DNA from: an uncultured Acidobacteriota bacterium
Lineage (GTDB): Bacteria > Acidobacteriota > CAIWXX01
Direction of reading: 5' to 3'
Length of the DNA: 64,000 bases
NCBI GenBank assembly: GCA_903916735.1
Contig: CAIWXX010000003.1
Span: 974-64,973, forward strand
Below the pieces are notes generated by a model. That model saw only the letters and a list, made by a program, of their open reading frames with translations, had not been told where the DNA came from and did no database searches. Positions 18,058 to 30,323 of this stretch are shown one piece after another (position 1 is the first letter of the stretch; each line of letters begins with the position of its first letter). The translations under genes were made by a program, and so were the position numbers.

Positions 18058-19734
18058 GTGAATCGCGAAGGCAACAATACGGGTCACATCTCCAGTATCG
18101 CTCCGTCTTCGACTCGGCCTCCGCGAAGATACATCCTCTGTGTCGATGATGAACAGGCGGTCCTCAATCAGCTGATTCATCAGTTGACGCGCCGGTTTGG
18201 GAAGACTCATCGGGTGGAGGGGGCGGAGAGTGCCGAAGAGGCGATACGATTGATCGAGGAATTTTCGAAAGAGGGGAACCGCGTCGAGATGGTGATCTGC
18301 GATCAGATCATGCCCGGTATGCGGGGCGACCGATTCCTTGAAATTATCAATCGGAAGCATCCTGATGTGATCCGGATCTTGCTCACAGGCCACGCAGGCC
18401 TTGATTCAGCGACCTATGCCATCAATCATGCGGCGCTCCACAAATACATCGAAAAGCCCTGGGATGTGGAAGATCTGAGTTTGACGATCCAGAACCTGCT
18501 GACACAGTATTCGCTGAACCAGGAACTCAAGAATTACCATCGCGAGCTCGAACGGAAAAACGCCAGCTTGCGGTCGCTGCAGACTCTCGGTTTGAAGCTG
18601 GCGGCAGTGCACGAGATTGAAGCCGTGCCGCCGGCCATTGTGGAGTGCGCTCTGAAGATCGCGACCGGCTGCCATGTGGGGCTTTTTATTTCGGGCAACG
18701 CCTTGCGCACAAATGTGAATTCTTGGACCTTCTCACCAAGATTACACATTGACGATGTGAATCGGGAACACATCAGTGAAAGGCTCATCCAGGAGGATGC
18801 TCCCGATTCCATCCGCCGGCCATTTTATGAAATGAGCCTGCTTCTGCTTCCTGATCAGGAGAAGGGATCCGAGGCGGCCGAGACGGTCCTCATTGTATTC
18901 CCGGTGCGTACCAAGGAACGGCTCTACGGCGCTCTCATCTGCATCGATGAATGCTGTCGTGCCATGACGACATCGGATCTCGAGATTCTAAATATCCTTA
19001 CCAACCAGACCTCCATCGCTCTTGAAAATAAATTGCTGCTCGAACAGCGGATCCGGTCGGAAAAGCTTGCAGGTATCGGGCATATGGTTTCGACCATCAC
19101 TCATGACTACCGGACGCCCATGACGGTCGTGAAGGGATATGCGGAGATGCTGGAGACTGAGGAGCTGCCGGCCTCGGAGGCACAGAAGTTTGGGGCTCTC
19201 ATCGGCCGCGAAATCGATCGGATGGAAAGCATGATCGAGGAGCTCCTGGATTTTGTTCGTGGAGCAAAGGGTGAAGTGCGGCTGGCGCCATGCACTCTGC
19301 AGGGCGTCGTCGACGAAGTACGGGCGGCGTTTGAGCAGCAATTCAAATTGGCTGGAGTGGCAATGGAAATGAATTTCCCCGATCCCGGCGCGATCAAGGG
19401 AGATCCCGAAAAGCTGAAGCGCGCTTTCATCAACCTGACCAAAAATGCGTTGGATGCCATGCCGAACGGCGGAACGCTCCGTCTCGATCTGGAACCAGAT
19501 GGAAATTATTATCGCCTGAATATCTCGGATACCGGTCTGGGAATTCCAAAAGAAGCGTTGCCCCGAGTATTTGAGCCCTTTTTCAGCAAAGGGAAGGTGC
19601 ATGGATTGGGGCTTGGCACGACCATCGCCAGAAGCATCATCGAGGAACATGGCGGCGGGATTACGGTGGCGAGCGAGCCCGGCATCGGGACGACCTTCAC
19701 GGTATCGTTTCCTCGACTCCTCGTAGCCTCATAA
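18058..19734 (+). CDS. Hybrid response-regulator receiver, GAF-like and histidine kinase protein
   Basis: The REC domain ILCVDDEQAVL...MVICDQIMPGMRGDRFL is followed by a GAF-like middle domain. The HisKA motif HDYRTPMTVVKGYAEML and the HATPase motifs DTGLGIP and GLGLGTTIA follow. Confidence 0.8.
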   Translation: MNREGNNTGHISSIAPSSTRPPRRYILCVDDEQAVLNQLIHQLTRRFGKTHRVEGAESAEEAIRLIEEFSKEGNRVEMVICDQIMPGMRGDRFLEIINRKHPDVIRILLTGHAGLDSATYAINHAALHKYIEKPWDVEDLSLTIQNLLTQYSLNQELKNYHRELERKNASLRSLQTLGLKLAAVHEIEAVPPAIVECALKIATGCHVGLFISGNALRTNVNSWTFSPRLHIDDVNREHISERLIQEDAPDSIRRPFYEMSLLLLPDQEKGSEAAETVLIVFPVRTKERLYGALICIDECCRAMTTSDLEILNILTNQTSIALENKLLLEQRIRSEKLAGIGHMVSTITHDYRTPMTVVKGYAEMLETEELPASEAQKFGALIGREIDRMESMIEELLDFVRGAKGEVRLAPCTLQGVVDEVRAAFEQQFKLAGVAMEMNFPDPGAIKGDPEKLKRAFINLTKNALDAMPNGGTLRLDLEPDGNYYRLNISDTGLGIPKEALPRVFEPFFSKGKVHGLGLGTTIARSIIEEHGGGITVASEPGIGTTFTVSFPRLLVAS

Positions 19735-20176
19735 GCTCCCTCCTGCACAAGCCTCCCTCTCAGGAGGCCGATTGAATCCTCGGGATGACCTGCCGGCCCC
19801 TCCCGGCGGCTCTCTGAAAGGAGATCGTTGCCCAAGCGACGACATCCAAAAATATTTCGGATGGCGGTCGTTTTTGGTCATGGCAGGGTCGATTCGACGT
19901 CGACGCTTTTATCAAATTTTCTTGGCCTTTCAGGGTCTTTTTTTCGCTGTTTCGTAGTATGATGAATTGGGTTATTCGGGTACGATAACGACCGCGGAAT
20001 TTGATTGATGGATGAGCCAACAAGGGATGCGCCGATACGGAGAAAGGTTCAAAAATCATTAAGCTCGTGTTGCCCACGACCATGAGGATGATGCCGCCCG
20101 CACAGAAACAGAAGATTCGAGCACAGGATCACTGTATCCTTCGAAAGAAGATCAAGACCTTGCAGAGGAGAAACTC

Positions 20177-21496
20177 ATGTATTGGCTCAGCAAGAGTTTC
20201 CATCTGCTAAATCGCGCTCAGCGACGATTCTTCATCTTCCTCGCTGTCCTCGGCCCGGGCATCATCACAATGGTGGCGGATAATGATGCCGGCGGTATTT
20301 CGACTTATGCCGTCACGGGATCGAAATACGGCTTCAGCTTACTCTGGGTCTTCTTTATTCTTGTGCCGATGGCCTATTACGTGCAGGAGATGACAGTGCG
20401 GTTGGGAGCGGTCACCAAGCGTGGACATGCGGAAGCCATTTTCGATGGATTTGGGAAATTCTGGGGCTGGTTTTCGCTTGTTGACCTTGCGATCGTGAAT
20501 TGGATGACTCTTGTCACGGAGTATATCGGCATGACAGCGGCCATGAGTCTCTTTGGTGTGCCGCCGCTGTTGACGTACATCGCCGTCTCCATCGTGTTGT
20601 TTGTCGTTGTCCTCTCGGGTAAATATTGGACGTTTGAACGGTTGACACTCCTCTTCTGTGCCTTCAACCTTGTTTATGTCCCAGCTGCTTTCTGGGCGAT
20701 GAAAACGCCGACGGCGCCGGGATGGGGCGCTGTGTTTGAAGGGCTCTTCTTGCCTCATCTTACCGGCGGACTCACCGGCGATCTCCTCTTCATCATTCTG
20801 GCCAACATCGGCACGACAATCACCCCGTGGCAGATCTTTTTCCAGCAGAGCGCTGTTGTTGACAAAGGGCTCGATATTCATGATGTTAAATTCGGCAAGG
20901 TTGATACGTTCGTCGGATCGCTCATCACATGTATCGTCGCTGCTTTCATTATCATCACAACGGGCGCCGCGCTTTTTCATCATGTGCCTCAAATTATCAT
21001 TGAAGATGCGAAACAAACGGCTGAGGCACTGGTCCCCTTGCTGCCCGCCGGTCATGGGCAATTGGCACGCACACTTTTCGCCATCGGCTTATTCGATGCC
21101 GGCTTTCTGGGCGCACTCTGCATCTCCCTGTCAACATCATGGGCCGTGGGTGAAGTCTTCGGCTGGGCTCATTCGCTCAACAAGAGTGTTAAGGATGCTC
21201 CGTGGTTCTATGTCATCTACCTTGTGATGCTGCTGACGGCCGGGGCTGTCGTGCTCATACCGAATGCGCCTCTCATCATGATCACAATGTTTGTGCAGGT
21301 TGTCGCCGTAACTCTGCTTCCATCGGCGCTCGTTTTCCTCATTCTCATTCTCAATGAGCCGGCGTTCGTCGGCGATCACGTCAACACGCGCTGGCAGAAC
21401 ATTGTCAATTGTTCGATTGTGCTCTTCGTGACCATCATGTCAACACTGTTCGCGGTGAGCACGCTCTTCCCGGAATGGTTGAATGTTTCTAAATAG
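20177..21496 (+). CDS. NRAMP/SLC11-family divalent-cation transporter with an NRMT-type first metal-site motif (DAGG in place of DPGN)
   Basis: The segment LGPGIITMVADNDAGGISTYAVTGSKYGFSLLW aligns with the Nramp consensus GPG...DPGN...G..GY.LLW. The codons at 20285-20296 read D-A-G-G. The protein is 11-12-helix hydrophobic throughout. Confidence 0.8.
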   Translation: MYWLSKSFHLLNRAQRRFFIFLAVLGPGIITMVADNDAGGISTYAVTGSKYGFSLLWVFFILVPMAYYVQEMTVRLGAVTKRGHAEAIFDGFGKFWGWFSLVDLAIVNWMTLVTEYIGMTAAMSLFGVPPLLTYIAVSIVLFVVVLSGKYWTFERLTLLFCAFNLVYVPAAFWAMKTPTAPGWGAVFEGLFLPHLTGGLTGDLLFIILANIGTTITPWQIFFQQSAVVDKGLDIHDVKFGKVDTFVGSLITCIVAAFIIITTGAALFHHVPQIIIEDAKQTAEALVPLLPAGHGQLARTLFAIGLFDAGFLGALCISLSTSWAVGEVFGWAHSLNKSVKDAPWFYVIYLVMLLTAGAVVLIPNAPLIMITMFVQVVAVTLLPSALVFLILILNEPAFVGDHVNTRWQNIVNCSIVLFVTIMSTLFAVSTLFPEWLNVSK

Positions 21497-21502
21497 GAGG
21501 CT

Positions 21503-22783
21503 GTGATGGTTCAGCCCGTGGTTTCGCCGCAAAAGGCGCCCGATTACCGCTTCCTGTTTTTTTCAGAGCTCCTCAAGATGCCGGCCTGCGCCGGCAAGAT
21601 CACGGATCGCATCGGCCGTTTGTCGGATCTGGCCTTCATGCTCAAAGAGCCCTATCCCGAAGCAGTCGGAATTTTTATGGAATTCGGCTGGGGCAAGCCG
21701 ACGCAGTTCATTCCATGGGAGAGGGTTATCAAGATTGAGGAGGATGCGGTCTTTGTGAAACCTCCTGAGCCCGGCCCCACGTATCCGCCATTCGTCGATC
21801 AGCCCGGCTGGATCCTTGTCGACCAGCATCTCATGGGGCGTACCATCCTCGATATGGATGGGCGGCGGACTGAGGTGGTCAATGATGTTCATTTGCTCGA
21901 AACCAAAGGACATCTGCTCCTCGTCCACGTCGATACATCGTTCAACGGGATTGTTCGACGCTGGGGCCTGGGTGGCCTCAGGTGGATCGATGATCATTTC
22001 ATCTCCTGGAAGTATGTCCAGCCGCTGTCGGTTGAAGATGTGGTGACGACCGACAAGGTTTCGCTCTCCGTCACACGCCGGCAGTTGCGCGAGTTGCCAA
22101 GCGAAGATCTGGCGGATGTACTCGAAGAACTCAGCGGAGCCGAACAACAGGCGCTCTTCTCGGCACTCGATTCTGAAAAGGCCGCCCAGACGCTGATAGA
22201 AGCCGAACCGCGTGCTCAACGACAACTCATCGCCACATTACGCAAGGAACGCGCGCGAAATATCTTTTCAGAATTGTCGGTCGCCCAGCTTGCCGACATT
22301 TTTTCGGTGTTGCCACATGACCATAAGACGGAGCTGATCGAGCTGTTGCCGCCTGAAAGCGGCCGGCGGCTGCAGGCGATTCTCTCCGAACGGGAAGCCA
22401 CGGCGCGCGCTCTGATGTCGCCGGATTTCATCGCTGCTCAAAAAGAAGCAACCGTCGGGTCGATCATTCATCAGATCCGCACTTCAAATCGCGAACGCGA
22501 GGCAATCACGTACATATATGTCGTTGCCATCGATGGGCAGACGCTTCTGGGAGTGGTTGATCTGCGCGAGCTCATGCTGGCGCGGGATACGGCTACATTG
22601 GGCGATCTGATGCACTCGCCTGTTGTCGCGGCGGAAGAGGATGATTTACGCGATGACATTACGGAAATGTTCGCCAAGTATCACTATCGCATGATTCCGG
22701 TGGTTAATGCACAGGATCATATCCTAGGCGTCGTTCGCTATAACGAAATCATGAAAGGCCTTGTAACCAGGATCAAGGATTAG
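21503..22783 (+). CDS. Soluble protein with two PRC-barrel-like domains, an MgtE N-terminal domain and a CBS pair, but no membrane domain
   Basis: The MgtE_N-like helical region LRELPSEDLADVLEELSGAEQQALFSALDSEKAAQTLIE...LSVAQLADIFSVL is present. Two CBS motifs follow (IYVVAIDGQTLLGVVDLREL and MIPVVNAQDHILGVVRYNEIM). No transmembrane segments are present. The gene starts 7 nt after the NRAMP stop. Confidence 0.75.
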   Translation: MMVQPVVSPQKAPDYRFLFFSELLKMPACAGKITDRIGRLSDLAFMLKEPYPEAVGIFMEFGWGKPTQFIPWERVIKIEEDAVFVKPPEPGPTYPPFVDQPGWILVDQHLMGRTILDMDGRRTEVVNDVHLLETKGHLLLVHVDTSFNGIVRRWGLGGLRWIDDHFISWKYVQPLSVEDVVTTDKVSLSVTRRQLRELPSEDLADVLEELSGAEQQALFSALDSEKAAQTLIEAEPRAQRQLIATLRKERARNIFSELSVAQLADIFSVLPHDHKTELIELLPPESGRRLQAILSEREATARALMSPDFIAAQKEATVGSIIHQIRTSNREREAITYIYVVAIDGQTLLGVVDLRELMLARDTATLGDLMHSPVVAAEEDDLRDDITEMFAKYHYRMIPVVNAQDHILGVVRYNEIMKGLVTRIKD

Positions 22784-23096
22784 ACAAAGCCCATGCCTCG
22801 CATCAAGATGACCCGTTTCGTGCGATTCGTCCTGTACTCTCTCAGGTTCTATCTTGTCGTCTTGCTCGCACTGCTGCTCATCAGGTTTCTGAGGATTTTT
22901 CATTGAGGGTCGGTTGAGCCGATACCGAGGATTTTCCGAGCAAGCCCGGTGAGTACGACCTTGTGCATGTCGACCGAAATTCGGCAATTCGTGATTGTAT
23001 AAGTGATTTTGGTATTAAGCACCTTCTTAAGATCAATGCCTTGTTTCAGCAGAGCGGCAAGTTTTATTATGGTTTGATAAGATACGGCGATCGTTG

Positions 23097-23858
23097 TTAT
23101 TTTTCTTGCCCATCGAGCCTCTTCCAACTGACAAGAGCGCGCATACCGAAAAGCGGAGAAATGATGGATGTGTGCCGGTCTATCCAGATAAGGGTTGGTG
23201 CGATACAAACAGGGAGTAGGTTGTGTTGATGGAAACCGAGGCTGAGGAGGTAGGCGAAGGAGTTAAGACGTTTTACCTGAGGCGCTGCAAAACCCATTTT
23301 GTGCCATGCCTTATCTGATGTCTCATGCACTATGCGCCATACCAGTGCTGAATTGCCGTCAAAGGGATCTTTGGCATCCGTGGATATATCAACGACCGGT
23401 GTCAATGGATTGACGGAGAGGGAGCAGCGTTCGTGGTGAAAAAAGCTGTAAATCGCATAAGAGAAAATGGTGATCCATGGCTCAATAAAAGCCATGCTTC
23501 CTCCTCGCCGAAGCACTCGCGCGGCATCCGCGAAAAATTCAGCTGGTCGTGATAGGTGATGCAGTAGATCCACTCCGATGATGGCATCGAGGCAACTATC
23601 CTTCAGCGGCAGGCTGAGTGCATCTGCCGTAAGGTTGTTCCACAGAGCCGGAATGATGTCGGCGGCTATCCATTTGACGTCTCCTCGGTGTTGGCGAGCG
23701 TAGGTGGAGAAGTAGCCAGGGCCGGCGCCAATCTCGAGAACCTTCGCTTTGGGCCGGATGGTGTCGAGCAAATCAGAGAACCATTGGGAGTAGATGTACT
23801 CCAAAACAGGTTTGCGTCGCCAGATCTTTCGATGATTCAGGAGACGGTCACAGCTCAT
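23097..23858 (-). CDS. Class I SAM-dependent methyltransferase
   Basis: Motif I VLEIGAGPGYFS is present. The gene is full length, and its start lies 9 nt from the upstream MTase stop. Confidence 0.7.
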   Translation of the reverse strand: MSCDRLLNHRKIWRRKPVLEYIYSQWFSDLLDTIRPKAKVLEIGAGPGYFSTYARQHRGDVKWIAADIIPALWNNLTADALSLPLKDSCLDAIIGVDLLHHLSRPAEFFADAARVLRRGGSMAFIEPWITIFSYAIYSFFHHERCSLSVNPLTPVVDISTDAKDPFDGNSALVWRIVHETSDKAWHKMGFAAPQVKRLNSFAYLLSLGFHQHNLLPVCIAPTLIWIDRHTSIISPLFGMRALVSWKRLDGQEK

Positions 23859-23866
23859 TTTGCAGG

Positions 23867-24628
23867 CTATCTTGTCGTCTGAGGCTTCCGTGCCGAGATA
23901 ATCATTGAACCCGCGATTTCGCGAATGAGAGGAAGATGCTCGAATAGCTTACCGAGAGCCGTGGCCCAACCGAGATATGCGACTGGAATGGACGGGTGAA
24001 GGAAATCGTAGGGACGCACGGAGACGTTGCAATATCCGAGCCGATGGAGGATGCGCGCACAATGAAAGCGTGTAAAGGCCATCTCGTCAGGTGAGATACC
24101 CCAGTGTGATCTGAAGGGCGCGAGATGGAACATCGCGAAAATCTGGGGATTGAGGAGGTTTGGCTCAGCGAAGGAGATGCGTCCGCCCGGCTTGAGGACT
24201 CGGAACACTTCGCGCAGAACAAGGTCGAGATCCAAGTGATGGAGAACCGAGCTCCCATAGACGGCATCGAATGTGAAGTCCGGAAATGGGAGTTGTTCGG
24301 CATTTCCACACTCTAGAAATATGCCCTGTCTACCAAACAGCCGATCACGTGCTTGAATCAGTAAATCCATCGAAAGATCAAGCCCGTGAAAGGCCTTACC
24401 AGCTTGTGCAACTTTTTCAAGAAAGAGTCCTGTTCCACAACCCAATTCAAGGGCTTGTTGGCCCGGGGTGAGATCTATGCCGAGGGCAAGGAGAGCGGCG
24501 CGGCGCTCGACACGCCGATGTCCTGCAGGTGAATTCCAGTTCCAGATGACCTCGGCACGCAGTGCGATTCGTCTATCGTGTTCACGTTCTCTCTGCAATC
24601 GATTGCCGGCCGATTCAGTGCGTGCCAC
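23867..24628 (-). CDS. Class I SAM-dependent methyltransferase
   Basis: Motif I ALELGCGTGLF is present, followed by the post-I acidic motif HGLDLS. Confidence 0.7.
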   Translation of the reverse strand: MARTESAGNRLQREREHDRRIALRAEVIWNWNSPAGHRRVERRAALLALGIDLTPGQQALELGCGTGLFLEKVAQAGKAFHGLDLSMDLLIQARDRLFGRQGIFLECGNAEQLPFPDFTFDAVYGSSVLHHLDLDLVLREVFRVLKPGGRISFAEPNLLNPQIFAMFHLAPFRSHWGISPDEMAFTRFHCARILHRLGYCNVSVRPYDFLHPSIPVAYLGWATALGKLFEHLPLIREIAGSMIISARKPQTTR

Positions 24629-24634
24629 GTGCTT

Positions 24635-27063
<2,429 letters not shown>

Positions 27064-27326
27064 CTAACATGTGGTCGTGGCAGCGGCAACCGACGAGATT
27101 AATAAATATCCATGCCTTCCAGTGAAATTCCTGGAAATTAATTAGCAAATTGGACAAAGCTTCTATTGTCTCAAAAGAGCCGATGTGCACCGCCCTCCCA
27201 GGGCCTCCTCTGTTGTATGAAGGTAAATCTCTCGCCGACGGTTCAGAGGGCAGGGCATGAGGATCGAGAGGCTCTTGTTGCGAAGAAGGTTGTAACCGAA
27301 TATACTCCCGCTTTCCAATTGGAGAT

Positions 27327-28790
27327 ATGGGCTCAACGAAGCATCATCCAGCCAAAGAATTCATCGAATCAAAATCGCTAAAGAAAGCCGCCCGGAAGGA
27401 GCGTTGGATGAGAACCAGGCTGGCTCTTATCGCGATATTTTCACTTTCGCTGCTTCTCCATGTCCTTCTCGCACTCGTCAATCGCGAAGCCAATGATGAT
27501 CATCTGACAGTGATCGGATTCATTCAGATTGAAGGGTACTATCCGCACTTCGACGACTGTTGGGAGGGATTTCAACCGAAGCTCTACCATGCCTTCTGCG
27601 CCTGGACAGGAAGGCTTCTCGATATTAGGACATTGGATTCTGCATACATCGCGTTTCAGATGATCAACGTCATCGCAGGAATGATGACGCTCATGATTCT
27701 CTTCCTATTTCTGCAGGAACTTGCGATTCGCGATGATGTTCGTATTCTCAGTTTCGCCGGCATCGCTTTGAACCCGAAATTTATCGCCATCAATGCTCAA
27801 GTCACCAATGATTCCTTCGTTATTCTCTTTGGAACACTCACCATCTACTCGCTCTGGCGCTTTTTGCAAACAAGAGGAATGGCCGTAGGAATACTCATGA
27901 TCTGTGCCACGATTCTTGCTTGTCTTTCGAAGGTTACGGGCATTGTTGTCTTTCCAGGTGTACTACTTGTGCTCCTCATCACCTCATTGGCTCGGTGGTC
28001 CGATGTGGATGAGCGTAAGGCTTTTCTTAAGCCCCTAATCGTGTTGATTATTCTATTTCTTCTTATCGTGCCTTATTTCGGACAGTATTATTATAATTGG
28101 AAAACAACAGGTCACCCATTTGCGACGCCCATCGCGAAAAGCACGCCCGCTAAATTTTTTAAATATGTACCGGATCCGGCCTATAAAAACCGCCTCGGAG
28201 TCACAACGCTTCTGGAGTCATGGTTTACTTTCCGTTTTATTGATCTAATCCGCCATCCGTATATTACTCATGGAGTGGCAATCGAGCCCCGGCATCGCGC
28301 GTCTTTATGGACGCAGCTCTATGGCCATGCTTACTTCGCGCACTTTGATCAATTCCCTCTGAGTTGGCAAAACAGAGGTCGGTTTATTATGAATGTTGGA
28401 AGAACCATCTTCATACTCGCTCTCCTCCACTTCTTTCTCATGCTCATTGGAGGTGCCACAGTATTAAGGGGAACTGTGCGGGGTCTTTTGATGAATGGGC
28501 CGGCGTTTCTCGGACAGCAACGAAATTGGATCATGCAATTGTTCCTTGCAATTTTCATAGCGATGATACTTGGATTGACGTACAGCAATCGGGACTTCTC
28601 TGCGATGAAAGCGATCTATATATTCCCGGCAATGATCTGTTTCCTGCAATGCTTCACCGAAGGAAGCCAATGGCTTGTGCAGCGTATTGAAAAAAGGCGG
28701 CCTCTATTGATAGGTGTTTATGCCTGGTTTGTAGCTCTCTATGCCTTGTACACCGTGGATGTTACCTTTCTGATCGCTCAACTTGCCTAA
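27327..28790 (+). CDS. GT-C fold membrane glycosyltransferase (ArnT/PMT-like, polyprenyl-phosphate-sugar dependent)
   Basis: There are about 11 transmembrane helices. An acidic motif NREANDDHL sits in the first extracytoplasmic loop, as in the GT39 and GT83 families. The gene is divergent from the fcl operon. The likely start is ATG 27408. Confidence 0.6.
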   Translation: MGSTKHHPAKEFIESKSLKKAARKERWMRTRLALIAIFSLSLLLHVLLALVNREANDDHLTVIGFIQIEGYYPHFDDCWEGFQPKLYHAFCAWTGRLLDIRTLDSAYIAFQMINVIAGMMTLMILFLFLQELAIRDDVRILSFAGIALNPKFIAINAQVTNDSFVILFGTLTIYSLWRFLQTRGMAVGILMICATILACLSKVTGIVVFPGVLLVLLITSLARWSDVDERKAFLKPLIVLIILFLLIVPYFGQYYYNWKTTGHPFATPIAKSTPAKFFKYVPDPAYKNRLGVTTLLESWFTFRFIDLIRHPYITHGVAIEPRHRASLWTQLYGHAYFAHFDQFPLSWQNRGRFIMNVGRTIFILALLHFFLMLIGGATVLRGTVRGLLMNGPAFLGQQRNWIMQLFLAIFIAMILGLTYSNRDFSAMKAIYIFPAMICFLQCFTEGSQWLVQRIEKRRPLLIGVYAWFVALYALYTVDVTFLIAQLA

Positions 28791-29126
28791 TCTCGATTGT
28801 GCCCTTTCTGATACGACGAGGTTCTGCAGATCAGATATGGTCCAAAATCCCTGACTGGTGAGGTGATCGTTTTATGGATGTAGAGAAGGTTCAACGTTCT
28901 CGATATCCCGTTCGAGATTTCAGATTTCTACTGGAGGCGATGAATTGCCGGCGTCTTCGTCGATAGCAGGGACGGATGGGCGCTCAGCCCCTCTCGATGG
29001 GCGCGTTTTCGCCTTTGAATTTCGCATTTGCCCTTGACCTTCCCGAAATCCGTGATTCAGCCATCGATTTCGGTCAAGTGTTTCCTGCTTGCCCCACACA
29101 TTTCCTTTGATGGATAATAATCGTTT

Positions 29127-30323
29127 ATGGGTAATATTCTTCACCTTGATTGCTTTGGCGGCGTGAGCGGCGACATGCTGCTGGGCGCGCTCTTGGATTT
29201 GGATCCTGGGATTTTCCCGGTTTTCAGGGAGAAACTCATGCCGCTTGCCGGCGATATGCCGTGTGATATCAGGTTGGATCGTGTGGAACGCGCAGGGATA
29301 TCCGCAGCGAAAGCGATCGTCGACATTACTGGATCTGCTGAGTCGGCACAGAACTTTAATGAGGTTGTCGAACGCATTCGTCGGGCAGAGCAGCTTTCGG
29401 CCTCGGTGAGGGAACGAGCGGAGATGGCGTTCAGGCATCTCTTCGAAGCTGAAGCTGCCGTGCATGGCCGGCCTTTTGAAAAAATTCACCTTCACGAGGC
29501 AGGCGCCGCTGACGCTCTTATTGATATTTTGGGAACATTTCATCTCATCGAGTCGCATGATGTCACACACGTCACCAGCACACGACTCAATGTCGGCGGC
29601 GGGCTTGTCGAATGCCGTCATGGAACTCTTCCGGTGCCGGCGCCGGCCACAGCATCGCTGTTGCGTGGTTTTCCAGTGTATGCGGCCGGGCCTCTGATCG
29701 AACGCATCACCCCAACCGGTGCTGCGATTCTGCGGACATTAAATCCAGCCTTTCATGATTTCCCACGTTTCACTTATCGCCGGCTTGGACATGGTGCCGG
29801 TGATCGCGACACACCCGGATTCCCAAATATCCTGCGAGTTTTCATCGGCGAAGGCGCTCCAGTCGTTCCACTTGAAAAAATCGCTGCCATCGAGGCGACG
29901 ATCGATGACATGAGCGGCCAGGTTGCGGGTTATTTTCTCGATCGCGCAATGGCCTGCGGCGCCCTCGATGTCTATTTTACACCGATCTTCATGAAGAAAA
30001 ACCGCCCGGCAACCAAACTGACCTGCCTCTGTCCGCAGGCTCATCTGCAGGATATCATTCGGCTCTTTTTCGAAGAATCCACAACTCTCGGGTTGCGCGT
30101 CACCGAAATTGACCGGCTCTCTCTCGATCGCACGCACCAGGAAGTCGAAACGCCATGGGGCCGCGTCCGCATCAAGATCGGGAAACTCAACGGCGAAATC
30201 GTCAACTACCATCCTGAATATGAAGATTGTGCCGCTCTGGCTCGCACCGCTCGTGTCCCGCTCAAGAGGGTCCAGGCGGAAGCCATGGCGGCATTCTTGA
30301 GGAGTGACACTGATGAAAGATAA
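29127..30323 (+). CDS. larC: Nickel-pincer cofactor biosynthesis protein LarC (DUF111 family nickel insertase)
   Basis: The N-terminus MGNILHLDCFGGVSGDMLLGALLDLD matches the LarC/DUF111 signature, and the protein is full length at about 398 aa. Confidence 0.75.
   Translation: MGNILHLDCFGGVSGDMLLGALLDLDPGIFPVFREKLMPLAGDMPCDIRLDRVERAGISAAKAIVDITGSAESAQNFNEVVERIRRAEQLSASVRERAEMAFRHLFEAEAAVHGRPFEKIHLHEAGAADALIDILGTFHLIESHDVTHVTSTRLNVGGGLVECRHGTLPVPAPATASLLRGFPVYAAGPLIERITPTGAAILRTLNPAFHDFPRFTYRRLGHGAGDRDTPGFPNILRVFIGEGAPVVPLEKIAAIEATIDDMSGQVAGYFLDRAMACGALDVYFTPIFMKKNRPATKLTCLCPQAHLQDIIRLFFEESTTLGLRVTEIDRLSLDRTHQEVETPWGRVRIKIGKLNGEIVNYHPEYEDCAALARTARVPLKRVQAEAMAAFLRSDTDER

Noticed and set aside
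20339-21061. 240-aa minus-strand ORF inside the NRAMP gene
   Set aside because: It is highly charged, low-complexity sequence antisense to a 12-helix transporter ORF.
22900-23208. 102-aa minus-strand ORF downstream of the last methyltransferase
   Set aside because: It has weak protein-like stretches but no start context, and it overlaps the MTase 3' end. It is possibly a remnant, but I could not support a call.
28920-29621. 233-aa minus-strand ORF overlapping the larC start region
   Set aside because: It has no recognisable domain and overlaps the confidently identified larC. The sense strand has better coding characteristics.
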